DNA from: Phyllobates terribilis
Taxonomy: Eukaryota
Assembly: GCF_046119375.1 (NCBI RefSeq)
Contig: NW_027362765.1
Location: 395,870,001 to 395,934,000 of the forward strand
Length of the DNA stretch: 64,000 nucleotides
Direction of reading: 5' to 3'
Below are positions 51,108-63,879 of this stretch, in pieces. A program made the translations under genes and the position numbers. The notes under the pieces were generated by a model that did no database searches, was not told the DNA's origin, and saw only the letters and a list, made by a program, of their open reading frames with translations. The first letter of the stretch is position 1, and every line of letters starts with the position of its first letter.

Positions 51108-51320
51108 TTAACAGTGCTGCCGTGTTCTTTTTAGAAAGAACCCTTCCAAACAAGCTGTACTAGTTAAGTCATTTTCAATCTGTACGGTCATGAACTTGAA
51201 CATGTACAATTCTAAGTGAGGCCTTTAGAGGCTAAGCTGTAGCTCATTTTTTTGCAGTTTCTCAGAGTATTGCCCTGTCTGACCTTGAAGTGAATTTGCT
51301 TTGCATCCGCTCCTAGTTAA

Positions 51321-51667
51321 AGGGGTTGTCCGGTACAAACCGATAAGTCTGCACTCTGTGTGACTGCAGACTTACGGATTCCCCAAACGCACGCACTGTG
51401 TGCTGCGGGGATTGGCTGCTTTCAGCCCCAGGACTGGAGGGTATGTATGATTTATACATACTTCTGACCAGTAGGCATGGCCAACTAGAGAGCGCTATCT
51501 CGCTCAATACAAGTGTATGGAGCAAGGCCAACCCCACTGGCCAGGAGTATGTGTAAATCATACATACCCTCTACAGAGCACAGTGCGTGCATTGGTGTGT
51601 GTGTGAGGGGGTATTCGCAAGTCTGTAGAGTGACTGCAGACTTATCGGTTTGGACCGGACAACCCCT
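51321..51667. mobile_element. T2/Kolobok-type MITE
   Basis: TTAA|AGGGGTTGTCCGGTACAAACCGATAAGTCTGCA...TGCAGACTTATCGGTTTGGACCGGACAACCCCT|TTAA. Confidence 0.85.
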
Positions 51668-52240
51668 TTAAAGAACTGGGCAGCCGCGGTGTTACACCCA
51701 CCTTCACTATCATGTATTATTCGAAGTGAAAAATGAAGTAACTTTGCGATATCTATTTCTGGCAGGTGAGAATAACACATTAAAAAGCAAGACTTATTGC
51801 AAAGTTACTTCCGATTTGACTTTAGATGCATTGACACAGTAATAAATAGTTGTGAATGTGTTTAGTCAGCAGATTTCAGGATACAATCTGCATATATTAC
51901 TAACTAGATCTCTTACGCCTGTTGAGGCTAGAGTACTTGCTTTGTGAATCAATATCAGAATCGCTGTAATCCTTTATGAAATTTGAACTTAATCTCTGCC
52001 TACCTCGCCTGACTGACACCTCCTCAGTGTCCCTCCTCCCTGCTGAGATCTCACACTGCTCAGTACAAGCTGCAGCTGTCAGTCAGGCTGGGTGGGTAGA
52101 GAATTGACCAATCCATTAGAGGAGCTCCGCTATGCAGTTAAGGGTATATCTGACTAGATATTTGTGCAATGTTTTCATTAATATCCAGCAGAATTGTGAC
52201 TGCAGCTGTGGAGTATAATCTGTACAATGTAAGTAATTAA

Positions 52241-52630
52241 AGGGATTGTCCACTTTCAGAAAATCTTAATCTCCAGGCACAATATGTTACAAAAAATTAA
52301 AACAAACGAATTTCACTATATTCACCGTCCCCGGGTCCAACACCAGTCTCTGCCGCTGCTCCGGGGATCCGGTATTGACTGCGGGTCTGATAACATACCG
52401 GCAGCCAAAACAGTGAGCTTAGCAGCTCTGAAGGTGGCATTTAGTCTACATGGACGGAGCCGCTGATTAGCTGCCACACTGTCAACAGTCAATGCGGAAC
52501 AGAGACTCAGCGTTGGACCTGGTGAGGGTGAGTAAAGCATGGCTTGTTTTTGTTTGTTTGTTTTTTGTTGTTTTTTTTTTAATAACAAACTGCACCTGGG
52601 GACCAAGATTTTCTGAAGGGGACAATGCCT
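52241..52630. mobile_element. T2/Kolobok-type MITE
   Basis: TTAA|AGGGATTGTCCACTTTCAGAAAATCT...AGATTTTCTGAAGGGGACAATGCCT|TTAA. Confidence 0.8.
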
Positions 52631-52877
52631 TTAAATTACGATAGTTGAGGGGTAACGCTACCATGCATCTGTATCATCAACAGAATATGTTATTCCATTA
52701 CAAAAAAAAAAAATTGTATTACTTTTTTATTTGGTCTCGGCACAATGAAGACTTGGCAAAGAACATGAAAATGAATATATTTAAAGAAAAATTCTATAAA
52801 AATAAAGACATTTAGAAAGAAAACAAGTCAAATATATGTAAAAGGTGTAAATCATTATGGACCAGATCAGAAAGTCT

Positions 52878-52886
52878 TTATTTATT
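52878..52886 (-). terminator. COX15: Candidate COX15 polyadenylation signal(s)
   Basis: Minus-strand AATAAA (overlapping copies) about 135 nt after the stop. Confidence 0.4.
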
Positions 52887-53017
52887 AAAAAAAAAAAAAA
52901 GAATAAAAAATAAAGAAAAAAGAAAAAAAAGAATCTTTTCCGCCGTGGTTAAATAGTCATTCTGAAAAATGTTTTCATGATTCCAAAATTAAAGAAAATG
53001 TTTCCGCTTTTCGGCTT

Positions 53018-56000
53018 CTACTTTGGAAGACGCCTGAGTTCGCTCATGAGCCAGATAGCCATACTGAGGAGGGCGAGCGAGCCGGACTGGTGGGTGGCAG
53101 CTAAAGAAGTGGGGACGAACAGGAGCAGAGTGCTGATGCCCAATGTGACCTGAGAAGAAAGAAGAAACATAAGGTCGGACTGGATAGGTCACTTCCTAAA
53201 CTATTAACCCCTATGTACATGTAGGTCACACGTTGGGTGTAGGTGTATGGAGCAGGCTCACACTAAAGTAGAATGCTCATAACCTGCAGATGACAGCTGT
53301 GCTACACAGCCACCATCTGCCTGTAACAGCAGTGACAGGACAGGAGAGAGATTAAAACAGTTTTTCTCCTTAAATGCCATTTTCAATCTATCACAGTGGT
53401 ATTAAATGAGCATGATCCAGCCCAACGTCCTTATGGGCTCACATTGCACCTCACCATTTTTTCCCCCATTTTTTCAGTACAATAAATGGTGCCATTCGTA
53501 ACTAGCCGCAGCGTGAAGGGGTTAAAAGTGTTTACTAATGGGATTTTTAGGCTAAAAACAGGATGACTAAATGTCTATACATGAGGGCGAGTCTGTGCTC
53601 GTTATGCCGTCCACTAGTCCACGGTAGGAATATCCGGCAATGTCATACGCTACCTGTAAATAGGCCACAGTAATCAGAGAGTTCACAGCGAGTCTCGCTC
53701 TTCGGGGCAGAGGAATCCTTCGGGAATAGTAATATAAGCAGGTGATGGCCGCTACCGAGCTGATCCCCTAAAGACAAAGATATAAAATATAGCAACAATT
53801 CTAAAACAAAATGCAGAAAATTGAAATAAATTAATGAAATTAACCATTTTTGTGTAAATAATAGAGATGAGCGAATTGACTTTCAGGACTCATGTCAGTA
53901 ATCTGTGGCTGCTGGACGGGAGGTCTGTGAACCGTCTCCTACCTGCCGGCATCTATAGCTACCTTATTGATTAACCGGCCCGGCGATACAAAGTGTGTGG
54001 GTCACATTGCAACGAGGAGCCGGGGATGCCGGCAGGAAGGAGGTGATTCGCAGCCACAGATTACAGACCGAGCTTCAGCATGTTATTACATGGTGGCAGC
54101 TATGCTTTTAATGTAAGCTGCCATAGGAGGAGCTGTCCCTCATCCATCATGTGCAGATGTTGGGGGTATTATACAGACAACATGCCGCTTTATTTGCCAA
54201 GTTTAACTCCTTCCATGCTGCAGACAAACACAGCACCTAATAGAGAGAGATCTCCCTCTGATAGGTGGCGCAGTAATCGCAAGGTGCTGACGGATTGTCG
54301 TGGCTGCTGAGACCCAACAATGACTCCCAGGTCATCCATGTACACAACTATATATACTTGGTATTATGCCAGTCATGCATATAAATAGTCAAAGAAGAGA
54401 TATGCAATTTATTAATTTAAATCCCGCCTGACTCCGGGCTTATAAGTCCAGTGGGCGGACCTTGTCAATGATTGACAGCTTTCCTGGTTGTGAGTGTGCA
54501 TATGGATAGATTCAAGTACTGACACCGATAATATACATGACTTACAAGAATGCGGTGATCAAACTGCACCGTTGTTGGATTCTCTAAAATGTTTCTCAGG
54601 GTTGGAGAGAAAGCAAAAAGATCATCCGGGATCCAACGCTCTCCCATCTTAGGAAAGGAATTGTAAACGAGTCCGGCATCCAGTCCGGCCACAAAGGCTC
54701 CTGTGGTCAGAGATAGAATATACCCATGATAATCTGTACTGACACTATATACCTCAATCAGGAGATTTACATAAAAACAAATTAACATACAGATGTGTGT
54801 TTTTGATCAGTATCTGTTGTATCCGCCACAGACAATGCCTATAAAATGTAATGCTGATGGGGAGGTAAGTGAGGGCATCAGGGACTGGGGCAGCTCACTT
54901 GAGTGTGCATAAGTTTTTTAGGCTTCCAGCACTTTGATGAAGGAGAGCTCATGTTGACAAGGGAAAAAAAATGTTTAAATTTTAGTAAATTGTACAAAGT
55001 TTCAATCTGCAATCTTCATTGCTTCATTCATTTTCAGACCCCCCCCCCCCCGATTTGCAAACTGCATATGTCAATTTTTTCTCTTTTGGGAAGGTCTCTC
55101 CAAGTAATATAGGCTGGATGTGAGCTTTTTCTGTATTCAGGGTGCTGCTGTCTGCATTATCTCATATTAGCACAGCTTCTATCCTGCACTTATTTCCTCT
55201 CCATTTGTTTGCCTAAATGACTTCAGCCTGGTTTCTCTGCTCTCCATAAAACTTTAGATACTTTCTCCTCTCTCCACTGCAGATCTGTGTATAATCGTCT
55301 CCACCTACCTGCAGCTAAATCTAGAGAATGGAGGAGATAGAGCAGAGATAGCCATCAGGAGCAGGAGCTTTGATGAGTTTGTAACATTCTGCAGAGCCCT
55401 CAGCTGGATGAAGAACTTACAGACGCTCTGCAGCAGCAAAATGGTAGAAAATTTTTAATGAAAGTTATGCAGAAATTAGCTTAATTTTGCATTTAGGAAA
55501 CAAATGAATAAAAAAAACATTTTCCTATTTCTGTCATCTAGATTTACAGGCGTCAATGGTGCAAAAGGGGGATGTCCTCCAGCACCAAAGGAAAGTAGTT
55601 AAAACTTTAATCAAAAAGGATAAAAAAAAAAAAAAAATTGGCAGAATGTTCACATATTAAAAAAAACATAATGCTTACGAATTTTGGGTAGAAAAATCTT
55701 TAATAATACTGGAGAACATCCCCCTTTTGGACCATTGAGAACTATTTGACCTGAAAGCCAGACCAGTGCATACTCCGTGCACCACAGACTGTCTACCCTG
55801 GAAGCCAGACCAGTGCATACTCCGTGCACCACAGACTGTCTACCCTGGAAGCCAGACCAGTGCATACTCCGTGCACCACAGACTGTCTACCCTGGAAGCC
55901 AGACCAGTGCATACTCCGTGCACCACAGACTGTCTACTCTGGAAGCCAGACCAGTGCATACTCCGTGCACCACAGATTGATTTCCCTGGAAGTCTCCTGG

Positions 56001-59000
56001 GATACTTATCTCTAACACAGGAGTAATGAGCTGAATTTCCACTTTATGTAGATTTACAGGTGTCTGTGAATAGGGAAAGACCTCTCAAACAAGCCCAGCC
56101 GGGCAGGGAGGATCCCTAGTACCCGACAAGAGGAAGCCCATCCCTGATTTATGCTGCCAGCAAGAATCACCAGACAAGTGGCCTTTATTAAATAACTAAA
56201 CTTGGTGCACACTTTACATGTCCAGTACCTGAGAGCGCTGTAAGGAAGACGAGCCCTGCCGTCCAGTGTGTGAACTTCCTCAGCTTCAGCAGCTGACTTG
56301 TTTCAATTAACTGTTTAGGGAAAAAAAAAGAAAAATGAGAAAAAGAGAAAAATCTGGGAATTCAAATTTATAAGGATGTTCAATTCCTTGTCAACGGGAC
56401 TCAATCTAACACCTTGGTTTATGACTCACTACATGGACACAATTCACACCTCCAGATAATTAAACATTCCCATGGCTTCTCCATTTGCAACAAAAAACCC
56501 TCCTTGACTTATCAGTAGGAGGCATCACCCCTTACACCTAATGAACAAATGCTGTACTGTAACATCTCTTAAATGTTGTGCCTTGTGTCATGAATTCATT
56601 TGTAATCTTGCCGGAAGAAGGAGCCTCTGTGCTCTGAAAGCTTGCATATATATATATTTTCTGGTTAGCCAATAAAGGCATCACTCCGAGAATACTTTTG
56701 TCATTTTTGGGCATAAAAGTATTTACATCGATTTTTCTGGCTAACACGGTACCACAATGTAACTTTGTACATTATGTCCAGAAAAGAATCCCATAATTGT
56801 GTTCTTCAGTCAAATTGCAGGGGACATATTTCAGTTTGGGTGTGAGCTGCCGTACCGGACACAGACAGTGTAAAGGTAGAAAATAAAGGTCATAAAATGC
56901 TTTGAGACAGAGAATATGACCACACGAATACCTTATGTCTGGGCAGAAGAAGGGATAATCCCGTCCAAAGACTGGCACAATAGAGAACTAGCGCCGATCC
57001 TAAATGTGCGGCCAGGCGGTACTGACTGACACGGGGCACGTCGTGGGAATCCGGCTTCTCTTCTAATCCACTCTTCACCATGTACCAGCCCAACAGCCCC
57101 TGAGAATGGACAGATACAGACATCAGGAGTATAAAAATCTCTGCACTGGGAAAGCAACAATTCCTTTATCCCTTCTCCTCCATTCAGTCTTTTACCTGGA
57201 AACAAACAAATCCGCACAGACCCAGCACCGTTCCCTTCATTCCCCGGGTAAACCATCCCTTCCTCCAGAAGTAAACAGCAGGCAGGATGTAAGCCAGGCC
57301 GACCGCCCGGCCCCACATACGATGGGAGTACTCCATGTACCAGATGAACTTGAATTCATTCAGGGTCATGTCGTGATTTAGACTGAATGAAAAAAAGTGA
57401 GAAAAAAAATGATATGTATGTAGATACGAGAAGTGCTCATTTCCAGGAGGGATAACAAAGGAAAGTTACAACATACTAAAAACTTGCATTCATGTAAAAA
57501 AACAAACAAAAAAACCCTAAGGTAGACAAGTCTGGAAGGAAACAGTTGAAAAGGCGACCGCACAATACCAAGAAACAGTGCAATAAGAATAAGAGCTCTG
57601 CACAATATCTGCAAAGCATGATATCATTGCCTCTGCAACTGTATCGCCGTGCAATAACGTGAGCTTTCCCGACATGTCTGTCTTAGTAAAAACTTGTATT
57701 CCCATAAAATTATACTTATATTTTATTGTGTTGTCCTGTTCCTCTGTTTTTCTTCCTGGAAATCTATCCCTTTAAAGTCTGTAAAAGATGTCAAACCAAG
57801 CACAGACGCTCGGTGCACCCTTGGTGTGGCCGAGCAGTTCAGTGCACCTTCCCACCTACTTGTTTTTCATCTATCTCCGCCGCTATCTTCCTTGATAGAC
57901 AGCTCTGGCAATGGAGGAGTCAGAGAAGAACGGAGATTCAGTAGATGGAAAATAAGTAGGTGAGAAGATGCACTCAACTGCTCGGCCACACCTAGGGTGC
58001 ACCAAGCGCCTGTGCCTGGTATGAATACTAATTTTTTTGCTGACAAGACTCCCTGGGTTGTACAAAGTTTGGAAGCTATAACTTCACAATCGCTGGAGGT
58101 TCGACAATGGGGACTCCACCGATTCTGAGGGTTCTGGGGAGCCCTGTTCGAATGCACCTCTGCTCCACTCATTCTTATCGGGATTGCAGGAGACCAGCGA
58201 AGTGCAGTGCTCGTCTATCTCTGATGGTCCCAAAGAGAATGAGTAAAGTGCAGATGCACATGATCGGCCCCCGCTCTATTGTATGGCCTAGTGGGGGAAC
58301 CAGTGGTCGGATCCCCAGCAATCGGAATTTATCAACGAAGGTAACTGGTTCAGAGCCTTTAAGCCTCACCCTCCATAACTGATAAAGGGAAATAACTATC
58401 TCCAGTTCTTGCTGCACTGCATATAAGGAACATATCTAGGTTATTGTCTCAAGAAAATGGAAACAGTAGTTTGCTGGGAGATCGAGTAGTCGTTCCTCAA
58501 CCAATCATTCCTGATAGATTTCTATGTCGTGGAGTCTGGTCTCACATTTTGAATTCTGGGAATTGCTGGTATTTCTGAAATTCGGCCTCCCATTCTTCCC
58601 GCGTTCTCGGTGGTTTCATTTCTTTGACTAGGTGCCAATCCACCATTGAAAGTCCGGATTCTGTTAACCTTCAAAACAAAAAGTGGAAAAAATAAAACCC
58701 TTCATTTTTTTTAGTTGGTTTTCAAGAACACTGATACCATTTTCTTCGAAAGCAGAGTGACAACCTGGGCAGATATCACTGCAGTGTCCACATAGGTTGT
58801 CAGACAGCTTTTCTGAACTGATATGTCTGGAGCCCAAGATTCGTTAAGGTGATCCGCTGACATTGTAATTCTGCTGAGTTGGAGCAATGTGCAACATATA
58901 TTTAATTAAAGATTTTTTTTATTCTAAAAAGATATTTCAGTGGATCCTGTGACCACCCTGCGTGCTCAGAAAAAGCTGAAGAAATCACCCCGGTGTGTGC

Positions 59001-59338
59001 ACACCGACTCCTGGGCTTCTGTATTTTGGGACCCTGCTATAATAATTATTACAGCAAGTACCCAAAATACAGGAGCCCAAGAGTCCGTGATATTGATAAT
59101 AGGAGGCTGTTACATTTCTGACCTTCTACCTACAAAGTAGCACTCACCTAGTTACTCCCCCCAGGATCACAGCTCCGGCTACCATACCGCTGCAAGCAAG
59201 AAGCCAACGGCCCATGACACGTTCTGCAGCAGAGTTCAGTACAGACCCCGCTGCAGCTCTGGACTGAGCGCCCCCTTCTGACACCACGCTGCTGTTCCAT
59301 CTTCTCTGCACCGTGTGCTTCCACTGAATGCTGGGGCC
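53018..59338 (-). CDS. COX15: Heme A synthase COX15, exons 2-9 (exon 1 near 61085-61296 unresolved)
   Basis: Exons 59338-59148, 58668-58546, 57382-57196, 57099-56932, 56310-56229, 54700-54546, 53767-53654 and 53149-53018; GT-AG, phases consistent, 1152 nt. Motifs [40 protein letters not shown]. Confidence 0.96.
55754..55990. repeat. 47-bp tandem repeat x 5
   Basis: GAAGCCAGACCAGTGCATACTCCGTGCACCACAGACTGTCTACCCTG at 55754, 55801, 55848, 55895 and 55942; COX15 intron 6. Confidence 0.93.
57795..58020. repeat. Inverted repeat or foldback, possibly a MITE remnant
   Basis: Arm 57795-57875 is complementary to arm 57940-58020 with scattered mismatches. Confidence 0.75.
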
Positions 59339-60221
59339 CTAATAAAACACAGAAATGAAGATGACGGTCTCAAAATGCCACTCCACAAATAACACACATT
59401 TGTAGGCACAAGGTAGAGAGGGTCTCTTGCAGTTGGGAGAGTGGATAGAGGAGAGTGGCTGCTATGAATACCAGGACAGTAGAGAAGGACTGATATGACC
59501 ATTGGGACTGCAGACTGAAATGAACCCTTAGGGGCAGTAGTTCTCAAGTTAGGATCACACCACAATCCTCAAACTGACTGCTCCCCTGACCTGAGTGTGA
59601 CAGCAGCATAGAAATACATCACGCTGTTGAGCTCAGGTCAGGAGAACTGACGGTCAGTCTGTGCACTTCAATGTGATCCTCGCACGAGAACTACGACCGT
59701 CTATCTGCACCCTCACATTTCAGCTAATCTCCTCAAGAGATTCTTTACTCATTTGGCTCCTAGCAGAGGACCCATCTCTGACATCAATATACCCTAATAT
59801 TACATACACATATGGCAAGAACACATTTTTATACTAATCACCAATATTTTGGCATCCTGCTTCCTGCACATTAAATATATAAATTACAGGGTAAAATACA
59901 TAGAAGTAAGAATCCATATGAGCATTTACCTTCCCTCCTTTTGAGTGAATGGAGCGCACAGCTTGCACTCTACAGTGGGACAGGGTGGAGCGAAGACTCA
60001 ATAAAAGCATTCTCAGTTCCCTCTGATTACACCGGATCAGACAATACGTCGTCACAAACTGTCCTGAAAATTCACCTATTGAGAAAAATAAAGAAATAAA
60101 TAATCAGGTTCTCCGTCCAGCAGTCTGGCGCATACGGAGTCTCAGTGGCAATATGTGTGGGAGGTTTAAAACCCAAAATTAATAATTATAATTATTTATA
60201 AATGGCAGGTGGATGTGACTA

Positions 60222-60680
60222 CTGGGGGAGGAGCAGCAGAGGGGCTGCTGCGGCTCCTGGGGGAGGGGGGTCCGGCTGCGGCTCCTGGGGGAGGGGGGTC
60301 CGGCTGCGGCTCCTGGGGGAGGGGGGTCCGGCTGCGGCTCCTGGGGGAGGAGCGGGAGGGGGGTCTGGCTGCGGCTCCTGGGGGAGGAGCGGGAGGGGGG
60401 TCCGGCTGCGGCTCCTGGGGGAGGAGCGGGAGGGGGGTCCGGCTGCGGCTCCTGGGGGAGGAGCGGGAGGGGGGTCTGGCTGCGGCTCCTGGGGGAGGAG
60501 CGGGAGGGGGGTCTGGCTGCGGCTCCTGGGGGAGGAGCGGGAGGGGGGGTCTGGCTGCGGCTCCTGGGGGAGGAGCGGGAGGGGGGCCGCTGCGACTCCT
60601 GGGGGAGGAGCGGGAGAGAGGGGCCGCTGCGGCTCCTGGGGGAGGAGCGGGAGGGGGGCTGCTGCGACTCCTGGGGGACT
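60222..60680. repeat. G-rich minisatellite, 27-38 bp units (GGCTGCGGCTCCTGGGGGAGGAGCGGGAGGGGGGTC)
   Basis: Directly visible; lies in COX15 intron 1. Confidence 0.93.
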
Positions 60681-61159
60681 CCTATCAGAGTCTGGACACA
60701 GACACTATTACATGCAGACAACAGAAAAAACTGACGGCACTTCCAATACAAAAAATAGGTGTGAACAGGTGCTTACTAGGAGCAGCTACCTCCATATACA
60801 ACTAACAAACAAAGCAGCACTCTGTAACGCTAAGTATGGGAACATGAAATCTATGAAATATTTATAGCATTACTGCTGTAGAAAATAGAAATAACTGAGA
60901 AATCTTAGTTCCTAGCAAGCACCTAGAGAGACGCCTTATCGCGGATGCCTGGTACACATGAATTGGTCAATTTATGCACTAAGATTTCTCATTTATTTCT
61001 ATTTTCTACAGCAGTAATGCTATTCACATTTCATATATTTCATCCGCTGAGGCACAGATCTCAGCGGAGGCACCATGCACTCACGTACAGCTGGACACTT
61101 ACATTCCCCTCTGCAGATATGGCGCTAACCGGTGAGGACCAAAGTGTCACTCATGGGCG

Positions 61160-61530
61160 CAGCCATGTTGGAAGCGACGTCATCACGTAACGCGTCACGT
61201 CACGAGGGTACGTAAAGGAACGTCAGGTTCGTTTCTGCGTAGCCACCTAGTAAATAGAGTGGCTGAGTCCGTGCACAGCGGCAGCGCCGCCTCCATCACT
61301 CCGGAATAGTCACATAGCCGAAACCTCAATGGCTCCTCCAGGAAAGCTTCGGAGTACACGCTGTAGAAAGCTGACCAATCACTGAGCGCCGCTGTCAGAC
61401 GGCGAACCAATGAAGAAGGGATTCATGCAGGCAGCCAATCAGAGCCAACGCTGGCATTTAGCTAACCAATCCGAACGGGAGATGCTTTAAACCGGAAAGA
61501 AGCGAGAATGGACGGGTAACCAATCAGCGG
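61160..61530. promoter_or_regulatory. Bidirectional COX15/CUTC promoter
   Basis: CCAAT at 61375, 61407, 61435, 61466 and 61520; CRE-like ACGTCA/TCACGT cluster at 61175-61204; YY1-like CAACATGGC on the minus strand; lies between divergent genes. Confidence 0.75.
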
Positions 61531-61967
61531 CCTGTGGGTGTTGTTGTCGGGGAGGGAGTGGGGGATGGTGACACAGGGAGGTAAACATGCAGTGTGTGTG
61601 TGAGCGGCATGTGTGACCCGGGCTGAGGGTGCAGGATGTGGGTGACTTCCCCTGTATGTCCTGTCATGTGTCACCTGCTGCTGTGCACAGGTGTTTATTG
61701 TAAGAATTAGGTGGAAGCACGTGAACATGTGCCAGCAGGACTGCAAAATGCTGGGGGTGTAATACACAAGATGGCCTAGACCGCTCTGGCAGCACAAGGG
61801 TTAACCCCCCCCCCTCGTGACAGTGCGGCAGTACAGGGGTTAATCCTGATGGGATGCTGTGGCAGCGCAGAGGTTAATCCCTCTGTGACAGTACAGCAGC
61901 AGCGCAGGGGTTAATCCTGCCGTGACAATGCAGCAGCACCACAGGGGTTAATCCCTCCTTGACAATG

Positions 61968-63005
61968 CAGTGCAGGGTTGCTCCCACCGTTACAATGTGG
62001 CAGTGCAGGGTTGCTCCCGCCGTTACAATGTGGCAGTGCAGGGTTGCTCCTGCCGTTACAATGTGGCAGTGCAGGGTTGCTCCTGCCGTTACAATGTGGC
62101 AGTGCAGTGCAGGGTTGCTCCCACCGTTACAATGTGGTAGTGCAGTGCAGGGTTGCTCCCACCCTTACAATGTGGCAGTGCAGGGTTGCTCCCGCCGTTA
62201 CAATGTGGCAGTGCAGGGTTGCTCCCGCCGTTACAATGTGGCAGTGCAGGGTTGCTCCTGCCGTTACAATGTGGCAGTGCAGGGTTGCTCCCGCCGTTAC
62301 AATGTGGCAGTGCAGTGCAGGGTTGCTCCCACCGTTACAATGTGGCAGTGCAGGGTTGCTCCCGCCGTTACATTGTGGCAGTGCAGTGCAGGGTTGCTCC
62401 CGCCGTTACAATGTGGCAGTGCAGGGTTGCTCCCGCCGTTACAATGTGGCAGTGCAGTGCAGGGTTGCTCCCACCGTTACAATGTGGCAGTGCAGTGCAG
62501 GGTTGCTCCCACCGTTACAATGTGGCAGTGCAGTGCAGGGTTGCTCCCGCCGTTACATTGTGGCAGTGCAGTGCAGGGTTGCTCCCGCCGTTACAATGTG
62601 GCAGTGCAGGGTTGCTCCCGCCGTTACATTGTGGCAGTGCAGTGCAGGGTTGCTCCCGCCGTTACAATGTGGCAGTGCAGGGTTGCTCCCACCGTTACAT
62701 TGTGGCAGTGCAGTGCAGGGTTGCTCCCGCCGTTACAATGTGGCAGTGCAGGGTTGCTCCCACCGTTACAATGTGGCAGTGCAGGGTTGCTTCCGCCGTT
62801 ACAATGTGGCAGTGCAGGGTTGCTTCCGCCGTTACAATGTGGCAGTGCAGGGGTTGCTCCCACCCTTACAATGTGGCAGTGCAGGGTTGCTCCTGCTGTT
62901 ACAATGTGGCAGTGCAGGGTTGCTCCTGCTGTTACAATGTGGCAGTGCAGGGTTGCTCCTGCTGTTACAATGTGGCAGTACAGGGTTGCTCCTGCAGTTA
63001 CAATG
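61968..63005. repeat. 33/38-bp minisatellite (GTTACAATGTGGCAGTGCAGGGTTGCTCCCGCC, with or without an extra TGCAG) x about 30
   Basis: Directly visible; upstream of the first CUTC coding exon found, probably in intron 1. Confidence 0.95.
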
Positions 63006-63333
63006 TGCAGTGCTTTCCCTTCCATGCTGTAGGTGTCTATTAGAAGCCATTACACAGAGTCCTTTGCGTCCTGTCCGGCCTCGTGCAGCTTTGGTACAGG
63101 ACCCGCAGCATTACCCAGGATGCACCGGTGGCTCTTGCGTTACTTCTCACTTGTTCTTGCGGTTCGGCGCCATCCTCCATAGCATCCTTCCCCAGTACCC
63201 GGCACTATGGGTCGGGTCTCAGGTTTCTCTTCTCACAGTTGAGCTGCTATTCTTTTTAACTCTTCGTGTTCTCTATACTTCTGAGACGTCTAGAGTCATA
63301 GATGCCGCTTCTCTCCTGTTATTCCGCAGGGAG

Positions 63334-63550
63334 ATGGCGGATCAGGGGTTCCTTATGGAAGTTTGTGTAGATTCTGTCGAGTCTGCAGTGAACGCTGAGA
63401 GGGGAGGTAAGAGAGCGAGTGCATTTATTTATTTGGAGGGGGGGGTTTCTTTGCACACAGACCCCACTCACAACTTTGTTTTCTCACCAGGTGCCGGACG
63501 TATAGAACTATGTGCCAGTTTACTGGAAGGAGGAATCACCCCAACTATAG
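63334..63550 (+). CDS. CUTC: Copper homeostasis protein CutC homolog, first two coding exons found (gene continues beyond the window)
   Basis: Exons 63334-63406 (acceptor at 63329/63330) and 63491-63550 give [45 protein letters not shown]; GT-AG in phase 1. Confidence 0.92.
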
Positions 63551-63879
63551 GTGCGTTGTACCCAATTATGGAAGTTGTGCTGTGAGACAATAAATGTTCT
63601 GTCCCCAGGGTGCACAATGGGACCGAGTTACTAATCCAGTCCACTATTCACACGGTGCAGATCCAGGCTGTCTTCACTCTCCTTTTTTGCTTTCAGGAGT
63701 TCAAAAATCATGAGTTTGCAAGCAGGAACCCCTTAAATAAACTGTCCCCATTCTTTGGGTTTGGGAAGTTTTTCTTTTCCTGAAGCACTTTATTTTTTTT
63801 TTATTTTTTTTTCTTTATGCAGTCTTTTGATTGGACTGTGCCTAGTTTGGACAGGTTTCATTCTGGAACTCTTTCTAAG

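Noticed and set aside
58107-58417. ORFs with a hydrophobic stretch in COX15 intron 3
   Set aside because: They have no recognisable homology and are not needed for the COX15 frame.
60179-63585. Gly/Pro-rich and Cys-rich ORFs
   Set aside because: They are minisatellite translations; only the tail of 61978-63585 overlaps real CUTC exons.
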